Source of the DNA: Candidatus Micrarchaeota archaeon
GTDB taxonomy: Archaea > Micrarchaeota > Micrarchaeia > Micrarchaeales > CABMGC01
DNA: 64,000 nucleotides
Reading direction: 5' to 3'
Assembly: GCA_027319905.1 (NCBI GenBank)
Contig: DAHVMJ010000001.1
Span: 64,001-128,000, forward strand
Position 1 is the first letter of the stretch, and the number at the start of each line of letters is the position of its first letter. The notes under the pieces are model-generated. The model was not told the DNA's origin and did no database searches. It saw only the letters and a list, made by a program, of their open reading frames with translations. Positions 57,333 through 64,000 of this stretch are shown in pieces. The position numbers and the translations under genes are program-made.

Positions 57333-57659
57333 GTGGACGGCGTAGAAGCTACAAAGGAGCTACAAAACAAGATAACTGAGCACGTGGTGTTCGCTCTGTT
57401 TGAGAGCGGGCCTGCAAGGCCCCTGAGCTTTGGCGAGTTGGAACACAAAACAGAGGCTTCAAGAGGAAGCCTAGCCGTCGTGCTGACAGAGATGCGAAGA
57501 CCTCCCCTGCCGCTCGCGGAGGTGGTCTGGGAGGGAGGGGAGAGGAAACTTGGCCTAACACAGGAAGGCACGCTTCTTGCAAGAGACCTCTTGAACTCTA
57601 AGAAGGTGAGGAGGGAACTAATGGCGGTGCTAACACACCAGCCGAAGCTGAAGGCGTAG
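57333..57659 (+). CDS. Small wHTH-like protein
   Basis: LSFGEL...SRGSL..VL...LT.EG pattern. Confidence 0.6.
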   Translation: MDGVEATKELQNKITEHVVFALFESGPARPLSFGELEHKTEASRGSLAVVLTEMRRPPLPLAEVVWEGGERKLGLTQEGTLLARDLLNSKKVRRELMAVLTHQPKLKA

Positions 57660-57685
57660 TGGTTATTTATTTGTGTGGTGCTCAA

Positions 57686-58429
57686 ATGAATAAAAAAACT
57701 GGTCGTGGAAAGATGCCAAGTGGCAAGAAGGCTAATTCTAGGGCTTCTGGGAGGAGTTCCGCAAGGAAGAGCGGAGTCAGAAAGCACGTAATGAGTGCCG
57801 GGGAGAAGCAGGCAAGACTGGAGGCTAGACGGGCGCTGCGACTCAAGGAGCAGAGAAAGGTTCTGAGAGAGCAGGTCAAACAGGCGGCCGCAGCGGCAGA
57901 AACTGAAAGGGTAAGAGTTGACGGGCTTCTTGGCAACACAGTTTTCTCCGATTTTATATCCAAGAATGTGGGCAAGAAAGCAATAAACGTAATAAAGATG
58001 CTCAACGCGCCCCAGACGGATGAGAAGATTGCAGCAGAGCTGAACGTCAAGATTAATGAGGTAAGGCGTATTCTCAACGTACTGGACAGCTATGGCGTGG
58101 CCAGGTACGACACGAACAAGGACAGCAAGGGCTGGCTTACCTTCATGTGGTACCTTGACGGTGAGAAGCTCACAGAACTACACGAGAGTGCGATCAACTC
58201 AAAACCGGAGAGCGCGTACAAGCTGCCAGATAACTGCAACGATTTCTTCTATTGCGGCAGGTGCTATGAGGAGGCGAAGGTCATACTGCCGTTCGACGCT
58301 GCTTACGAGACGCATTTCAAGTGCGAGGGCTGCGGCAAGCCGCTCAAACAGCTGAGCAAGGAAGAGGCCAGGGCGCTGTTCGACGAAGAAAGCGCAAAGA
58401 GCGCTAGTGCCGTGAGCACGCCAGCATAA
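57686..58429 (+). CDS. tfe: Transcription factor E (TFE alpha) with basic N-terminal extension
   Basis: TDEKIA..L..KINEVRRIL..L, GW.TF.W, Zn ribbon FFYC...FDAA....FKC.GCG. Confidence 0.85.
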   Translation: MNKKTGRGKMPSGKKANSRASGRSSARKSGVRKHVMSAGEKQARLEARRALRLKEQRKVLREQVKQAAAAAETERVRVDGLLGNTVFSDFISKNVGKKAINVIKMLNAPQTDEKIAAELNVKINEVRRILNVLDSYGVARYDTNKDSKGWLTFMWYLDGEKLTELHESAINSKPESAYKLPDNCNDFFYCGRCYEEAKVILPFDAAYETHFKCEGCGKPLKQLSKEEARALFDEESAKSASAVSTPA

Positions 58430-58478
58430 ACGCCCGGCATTTAACCTTTTTATACGTTGGCTGGTTATCGTTTAGTAT

Positions 58479-58574
58479 AGCGAGGTAGGGTAGCCTGGAG
58501 TACCCGTCGGGCTCATAACCCGAAGATCGGAGGTCCAAAAGAGAAACCAGTCTCTGGAACTCCTCCCCTCGCTA
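58479..58574 (+). tRNA. Initiator tRNA-Met(CAT) with 21-nt intron at 59/60 (58540-58560)
   Basis: A1-U72, GGG/CCC anticodon stem, CAT at 58514-58516; BHB: TCCA/TGGA helix, AAA and ACT bulges, GAGA/TCTC stem. Confidence 0.92.
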
Positions 58575-58585
58575 TGTTGATAGGG

Positions 58586-58694
58586 GGTTCAGTTCCACAA
58601 ATCGCGCGCTTAGTATAGCTATATGTATCTATATAGATACAACTTAAAGGTAAGGTTAATAAAAAGTCAGAGAGATTAATACTGGAACTAAACC
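58586..58694. repeat. 12-bp inverted repeat flanking an AT-rich core with a 16-bp palindrome; candidate replication origin
   Basis: GGTTCAGTTCCA (58586-58597) and TGGAACTAAACC (58683-58694), 1 mismatch; GTATCTATATAGATAC at 58625-58640. Confidence 0.5.
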
Positions 58695-58736
58695 GTCATT
58701 GGTGTTTGCCTGCCGTTTGCTGTTTCATCCGAAACG

Positions 58737-59189
58737 TTGTTTTCTATACTCCAGCAGGAGAAATCAGCAGGAGAGCTGCAACCGCTACAGCATGACTTCT
58801 ATGCGCTTGCTGACAGGTTTATTTCAACTCTTGGCGAAGAGCAAACGCCAGAGAGCAACCGCGTCACGGATAACGCGCGGAAAATACTAGTATCGCTGAA
58901 GGAGAGAAGGAAACAGAAAATACTTCTCTATATCGCGTACAGCAAGCCCCTGCCGGCATCGGTTCCAGAAGAGGAGGAGAACATATACAACGAAATCTTC
59001 CAGATACTCAACAGAACAGGTAACTCCCCGAAGATAGCGAGGCTCAAGATAACATCCGACATTCCGGAGGTGCTCACATCGGGCGGCAGGAAGATAGGGC
59101 CGTACAAACAGGGCGAGATCGTAGAAGTTTCCGACACCGGCGACGCAGACTTCATCATAAAGAACAGGATAGGGGAGACAACGGCATAG
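58737..59189 (+). CDS. GINS complex subunit (Gins51-like); may start at CTG 58710
   Basis: EK...LQPL..DFY, RR..KI, EE..IY, C-terminal IGPYKQGEIVEV B domain; precedes rpl44e. Confidence 0.8.
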   Translation: MFSILQQEKSAGELQPLQHDFYALADRFISTLGEEQTPESNRVTDNARKILVSLKERRKQKILLYIAYSKPLPASVPEEEENIYNEIFQILNRTGNSPKIARLKITSDIPEVLTSGGRKIGPYKQGEIVEVSDTGDADFIIKNRIGETTA

Positions 59190-59196
59190 TGATTTT

Positions 59197-59478
59197 ATGA
59201 AGATAGAGAACCAGATAATGACCTATTGCCCTTACTGCAACAAGCACACTCTGCACAAGGTCTCAAACTACGGCAAGGGCGCTGCGCGCGGGCAGAGCAT
59301 AGGAACAAGGAGGCACAACAGGGCGATCAGAGGCTACACAGGCAGCGCGGAACTCAGGCTGATAACGAAGAAACTCGCCAAGAAGCAAAAGGTCATACTC
59401 AAGTGCACGGTCTGCGGCAAATCAATAGAGAGGGTCTTTGGCGGACGATCGAAGAAGAAGATAGAAGTCAAGAGGTGA
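59197..59478 (+). CDS. rpl44e: 50S ribosomal protein L44e
   Basis: TYCPYCNKHT.H, LKCTVCGK. Confidence 0.93.
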   Translation: MKIENQIMTYCPYCNKHTLHKVSNYGKGAARGQSIGTRRHNRAIRGYTGSAELRLITKKLAKKQKVILKCTVCGKSIERVFGGRSKKKIEVKR

Positions 59479-59509
59479 TTGCACGATACTGCAGAAAGAA
59501 CTCCCGGCG

Positions 59510-60238
59510 ATGGGAGAGATCATACTAGTAAACGTAACCAAGATAATGCCACACGGCGCCTACTGCGAGCTTGTGGAGTATAAGGCCGACGCCTACCTTC
59601 CGATAAGCGAGGTCGCTTCTGGGTGGATCAAGAACATACACGAGTTCATCAAAGAAGGCCAGCGCGACGTGGCAAAAGTAGTCTTCGTCGACCCGAACAG
59701 GAAAGCGCTCGACGTCTCCCTGAAGAAAGTCACCTCAAAGGAGAAGAAAGACAAGATAAACGATTACAATCTCGAGAAGCGTGCAGAAAAATTCTTCACG
59801 CAGGCGGTGCAGGCGGCGCACAAGGAGAGCAAGATAGAGGAGATCAAGAGCAAGGCGGCGCAGACGGCGCCCACATACTCTGAGCTGCTCGACTTAACAG
59901 CGGAGGGCAAGTTGCCCGAAAAGGCGCTGGACGCTGACGTGCTGAAGGCGTTCGAGGAAATAGTAGCAAAGAACGTCAAGCCCAAGGAATACGAGGTGGG
60001 TTACTCTCTTGAGCTGCGCGCGGTCAACAAGAAGGGAAGCATAAGCACGATAAAGAAGGCGTTCTCTGAGATCGAGGCACTGGGTGTGGATGTGCTGTAC
60101 GAGGGTGCGCCACACTACAAACTTTCGGCAAAAGGCCCCAGCTATCCTGCCGTCGAGGGGCAGATCAAGAAAGCCGAAGAGACGCTGGAGAAATATAAGG
60201 GAGTTCTGACCATAGAGATTAAAAAACGAGAGGCATGA
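59510..60238 (+). CDS. eif2a: Translation initiation factor aIF2 alpha
   Basis: S1 domain ISEVASGWIKNI, DVSLKKV, GAP.Y. Confidence 0.92.
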   Translation: MGEIILVNVTKIMPHGAYCELVEYKADAYLPISEVASGWIKNIHEFIKEGQRDVAKVVFVDPNRKALDVSLKKVTSKEKKDKINDYNLEKRAEKFFTQAVQAAHKESKIEEIKSKAAQTAPTYSELLDLTAEGKLPEKALDADVLKAFEEIVAKNVKPKEYEVGYSLELRAVNKKGSISTIKKAFSEIEALGVDVLYEGAPHYKLSAKGPSYPAVEGQIKKAEETLEKYKGVLTIEIKKREA

Positions 60239-61005
60239 AGGAGACAAAAATATACTACAAAAAGACAAAGCTCAACACACCAATACTCTTTGTCGGCCTG
60301 CCTGGCATAGGCAGCATAGGCAGCCTGGTGGCAGATCACCTAAGGAAGGAACTGAAGGCGGAGAAGTTCGCAACTCTCTACTCGCCGCACTTCCCCTACC
60401 AGATACTTATGCTCAAGAACGGCACCTTCAGACTCGTGAACAACAGATTCTTCTGCGCCAAGGGCGGAAAGGGCAGAAGCGACATAGTCATACTCATTGG
60501 CGATGCACAGCCGCTCACCCCAGAGGGGCAGTACGAGGTAAACGAGAAGATAGTCGAGTTCTTTAAACAGCTAGGCGGCAGCGCAATCTACACTATCGGG
60601 GGCTTCAGCATGGGAGCCCACTACGTGAAGACACCGAAGGTCTACGGCCTTGCTACCGACGCGCAGACGATGAGCCAGATCAAGAAGCTCGGAGTGACAC
60701 CGACAGACGCAACAGGCATGTCCGTGCTTGGTTCCGCGGGCATGATAGTCGCCTTCTCCAAGAAGCACAAGATAAACGCTGCGTGCATAATGGGCGAGAC
60801 CGGAATGCTCGACGTCGATGCAAACTCTGCCAAGGCGGTGCTGCAGGTAATCGGGAAGCTGATCGGCAAGGAGATAAGGCTGGGCAGCATAGAAAAGCTT
60901 AGCGGCGAGACAGAGAAGATGCTCGGCGAGCTTGCCGATCTTAGGCAGCCTCCAGCCCCTCCAGAGCCTGGTCAATTCAAAGGCGACCCCAGCTACATCA
61001 GGTAA
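60235..61005 (+). CDS. PAC2-family proteasome assembly chaperone
   Basis: GLPGIG..G, LYSPHFP, GDAQP, TIGG, C.MGET, C-terminal YIR. Confidence 0.9.
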   Translation: MKETKIYYKKTKLNTPILFVGLPGIGSIGSLVADHLRKELKAEKFATLYSPHFPYQILMLKNGTFRLVNNRFFCAKGGKGRSDIVILIGDAQPLTPEGQYEVNEKIVEFFKQLGGSAIYTIGGFSMGAHYVKTPKVYGLATDAQTMSQIKKLGVTPTDATGMSVLGSAGMIVAFSKKHKINAACIMGETGMLDVDANSAKAVLQVIGKLIGKEIRLGSIEKLSGETEKMLGELADLRQPPAPPEPGQFKGDPSYIR

Positions 61006-61066
61006 GTGGGTGCGGGCAGAGGCCCCTCCCCCGATTTTATATGCCTTTTTAGCGTCTGTTCTATGC

Positions 61067-61137
61067 GCGCCAGTAGTCTAGTGGCCGGACACGAGCTTCC
61101 CAAGCTCGAAACCCGGGTCCGATTCCCGGCTGGCGCA
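61067..61137 (+). tRNA. tRNA-Gly(CCC)
   Basis: GCGCCAG/CTGGCGC, CGAGC-TTCCCAA-GCTCG, T arm CCGGG-TCCGATT-CCCGG. Confidence 0.92.
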
Positions 61138-61153
61138 TGTGGTTTTATGAAGG

Positions 61154-62101
61154 TCATATACGACCTGTCGCGCCAAGCCTCGCTTTTATGATTTCGAGTT
61201 TCTGAAGAAACTCCGGCCCTTCCCCGCTCTTTATCTGTTCGCCGTCGGCTTTTCTCAGCTCCAGGCCAGCAGAAGCGCACGCTTCCTCAACCGTCGATCC
61301 GCGCAGCAGCGCAGCCACGGCCGCCTGGTCCTTGTTTGACAGCATCGCCGAGTTCAGCGCGAAATCCTCAAAAGCCTCATACGCCACAGGCACGATTACC
61401 TTGGTCATGTCGGCCATTGTTACAGCGTACTGCCTTATCTCCCACTGAGCATGCGCGTCAAGTCGGAGAGAAAGGAAATGCATCAGGTTGTGCAGGTCTA
61501 TCTTCCAGTACCACTCTGTGTAGAAATTAACTGGCAGCACGGTTCTGGCGAGTTCTCGCGCAAGCCCCCGCTCCACAAGCCCATTGTACAACGCGTAGCT
61601 AGCATCCGAATGCGCAATTATCTCGTTACGCATCCGTTCCTTCGTCTCGATGCTCCATCCTTTCTCTTCTCTGCCCTGCCTGTTGCTGGTTGACTGCGCC
61701 TGTATCGCTTCAAGAGGAGGTACGTAGTATTCTTTTATAGCAAGGGAGTAGCGTTCCGAGTATTCATTCAAACTCGCGGTTCTGTGCCTTACCCACTGCC
61801 TGGCGACGAATATGGGCATCTTTGCAAGAAACTTCGCCTCTACCATCTCAAACGGCGTGGTGTGATGGTGTCTCAGGAGATATCTTATCAGCCCCTTATC
61901 ATCCCTCAGAGTCTTGGTTCCAGCGCCGTACGACACCCGCGCAGCCTGCACGATGGCGTCGTCATTTCCCATGTAGTCCACAAGCGTCACAAAACCATGG
62001 TCCAGTACAGGCCTCCTCACTCCTATTATTGCGTCAGCGGCAGGCACCGCAATCCTGCTCATTGGTATCTCCTGCTCCTTCGCGTTCTTGTCGGATATCA
62101 T
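61154..62101 (-). CDS. thyX: FAD-dependent thymidylate synthase
   Basis: QAARVSY, H.TPFE, RQWVRHRTASLNEYSERY, ELAR..LP, HAQWEIR. Confidence 0.95.
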   Translation of the reverse strand: MISDKNAKEQEIPMSRIAVPAADAIIGVRRPVLDHGFVTLVDYMGNDDAIVQAARVSYGAGTKTLRDDKGLIRYLLRHHHTTPFEMVEAKFLAKMPIFVARQWVRHRTASLNEYSERYSLAIKEYYVPPLEAIQAQSTSNRQGREEKGWSIETKERMRNEIIAHSDASYALYNGLVERGLARELARTVLPVNFYTEWYWKIDLHNLMHFLSLRLDAHAQWEIRQYAVTMADMTKVIVPVAYEAFEDFALNSAMLSNKDQAAVAALLRGSTVEEACASAGLELRKADGEQIKSGEGPEFLQKLEIIKARLGATGRI

Positions 62102-62181
62102 TGTCTCTGCCTTTTTCTCTTCGAATCGGGTGGGAGGCTATTTATAACCAAAAATTGCAAAAGTTTCCTCCTGTAAACTGC

Positions 62182-62847
62182 CTACATCACAAGAAAAACC
62201 GCGGACAGCGCCACACCCGCAAGAGAGCAAGCAAAGTTTGATGTGTACTTGTTCCCTATGCCTTCTTCTTCGTAGTATCCGAGAATCGAGTCGACGATAG
62301 ATCCGAAGAATCCGCAGAGAGTCAGCACACCAACAAGCGCCATCGAACCGCTTACGTAGAGAGCACTGCTGCTTATGATCAAGGCTCCGAGCAGGCTCGC
62401 TCCTAGGCCGAGCAGTGTCACGCCACCTGATACGCCCTTCTTCACCTTTTTCAACGTCATCAGCATTGTCGGTTCATTGTCAAGAACTCCAATCTCGCTT
62501 GAGAACTTGTCTGCCGTCACAGCTGCTACACTGGCTATGTAAGCGACCGCTATGAGCGAGGGGGCTACAGGGGAACCAAGCAGCCCATTCGCATAAAAAA
62601 TGGCAGACACAGCAACGGGAACCATGCCGTTCGATACGACATTCTTCCAGCCACGCGCATGTTCGTACGTTCCTATGCCTTCCTTCTTCTTTCTGCCCAC
62701 TTCGGTGACTATGGCCGAGAGAGCCAGGAAGCCGATTATGTCTACTAGGAAGAACAGCCCGTAGTTCTGCCCGAAAAAGAGTATCGCTATGCCGAAGAGA
62801 ACGGCAAGCACAACACCCTTCTCGTCCAGCGTAAACAAGTTCGCCAT
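62182..62847 (-). CDS. DUF92/TMEM19 membrane protein
   Basis: RGW.NV..NG, ADKFSSEIG, G.SGGVT..G, DS.LG. Confidence 0.9.
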   Translation of the reverse strand: MANLFTLDEKGVVLAVLFGIAILFFGQNYGLFFLVDIIGFLALSAIVTEVGRKKKEGIGTYEHARGWKNVVSNGMVPVAVSAIFYANGLLGSPVAPSLIAVAYIASVAAVTADKFSSEIGVLDNEPTMLMTLKKVKKGVSGGVTLLGLGASLLGALIISSSALYVSGSMALVGVLTLCGFFGSIVDSILGYYEEEGIGNKYTSNFACSLAGVALSAVFLVM

Positions 62848-62968
62848 TATTTCATCTTTTTGAAAACTTCCACTAGTTCGATACGTTTTTAAACCTAAAG
62901 AGAGCATATGCCTTTAGGTTCTCGTACCAATCCTCTACTGTGGGGAAAAGTATGAAACTGGTCGCCTT

Positions 62969-63003
62969 GCCAGCGCATGTGAACCATGTGCTGGCCTTTT
63001 TTT
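62969..63003 (+). terminator. Hairpin followed by T-run; candidate terminator of a small RNA
   Basis: GCCAGCGCATG-tgaac-CATGTGCTGGC then C and T7. Confidence 0.45.
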
Positions 63004-63084
63004 AATCGGCCCATCAGCGTTACTGATGTGCCAATTCTTATAAATACAGCATAGAATAAGCCTAGTGGTCGTGCCGAGACAGAG

Positions 63085-63957
63085 ATGATGAAAAACAGGA
63101 AAGAGATATCGTCGCTGCTGCTCTTCTCGCTTTTCATAGGTGTCAGTTATCCCGCTGCCGCAGTAGCAACAGAGAGTACCAATCCCTTCTTTGTCGTGGC
63201 CGTCATGTACCTCATCGGCCTGCTAGTGGCGCTGGTCATTGGGCGAAGATTCACATTCAGAAAGGCAGACGTGCTACCCAGCGTTGCGTTCGCGATAGCG
63301 ACATTTCTGCTGCTTGCTTCGCTCTACAACTCATTGCTCTTCATTCCCGGCCCGCTTGCGTCCTTCCTCAACCAGCTGGGATTCCTCGTGGCCGCTTTTC
63401 TTGAATGGGCGTTCTTCGGGCAGAAGATAGGCAGGGGCATGCTCACCGCATTCGTCGTGGCTGCCGCAGGGCTCATCATAATCCTGTTCAGCAACGGTAT
63501 CTCTCTTGAAGCCAACCCAGGATTCCTGCTCGGTGTCGCGCTCGGCGTCGCTGGGGCTGTAGCCCTCGGCGTGCAGTACATAGTGGGGTCGAGATTTTCA
63601 AACAGAGTAAACCCAATGGTGTCTACTTTGTACTCTTGCGTGATCATATCAACCGCGTCCTTCATGATGTTTAGACTCCAGGCCCCTTCTGCACCCGTAT
63701 CCATACCACTGCAGGCCCTTCCGTACGTGCTTTACCTCGGCATCTTCGCCAGTAGCCTTTCGAGATATCTACAGTTCTATGGCCAGAGGAAGATATCTGC
63801 CACAATGACAGGAGTCATCTTTCTCTCCATACCTGTCGTCTCTCTCCTATCTGGCTTGTTCTTCAACCAAACACTCAACGCGCTCCAGATGGTAGGGTCG
63901 TTGCTTCTTCTCTTCGCGGTGGTAGTCGTGGTGAGAGAACAGAGGCACAGAAGATAA
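63085..63957 (+). CDS. DMT/EamA family transporter
   Basis: About 10 TMs in two EamA-like repeats; TATA TTATAAATA at 63038-63046. Confidence 0.88.
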   Translation: MMKNRKEISSLLLFSLFIGVSYPAAAVATESTNPFFVVAVMYLIGLLVALVIGRRFTFRKADVLPSVAFAIATFLLLASLYNSLLFIPGPLASFLNQLGFLVAAFLEWAFFGQKIGRGMLTAFVVAAAGLIIILFSNGISLEANPGFLLGVALGVAGAVALGVQYIVGSRFSNRVNPMVSTLYSCVIISTASFMMFRLQAPSAPVSIPLQALPYVLYLGIFASSLSRYLQFYGQRKISATMTGVIFLSIPVVSLLSGLFFNQTLNALQMVGSLLLLFAVVVVVREQRHRR

Positions 63958-64000
63958 TAAAAGGCTTAATCGGCTAATACTATTGCTTATTCAAGGGGCT

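Noticed and set aside
56441..61137. Integrated element at the tRNA genes
   Set aside because: No integrase, no duplicated tRNA 3' end, and flanking genes are mostly housekeeping

Overview
Gene-dense core-genome segment of an archaeon, most likely a DPANN Micrarchaeota member. That assignment is inferred from gene content: PolD, an archaeal histone, exosome/proteasome genes, bacterial-type gyrase and ThyX, dispersed pilin-LamG genes and a tRNA with a non-canonical intron. The window holds about 70 CDS covering replication, translation, RNA processing, AglB and ADP-forming acetate-CoA ligase, plus four tRNAs (Arg-TCT with intron, Lys-CTT, initiator Met with a 59/60 intron, Gly-CCC). I saw no rRNA, CRISPR array, transposase or integrase. 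Best leads: (1) three dispersed type IV pilin/LamG paralogs with near-invariant ends and highly divergent centres; (2) C at tRNA position 55 in two of the four tRNAs; (3) an origin-like inverted-repeat/AT-rich element between tRNA-iMet and the GINS gene; (4) a likely arginine-synthetase-type (COG2403) ATP-yielding route; (5) an identical 15-bp motif 47 bp upstream of two TATA boxes; (6) an AglB with a His-periodic N-terminal extension; (7) two candidate structured RNAs. All calls come from reading the sequence; no searches were run.
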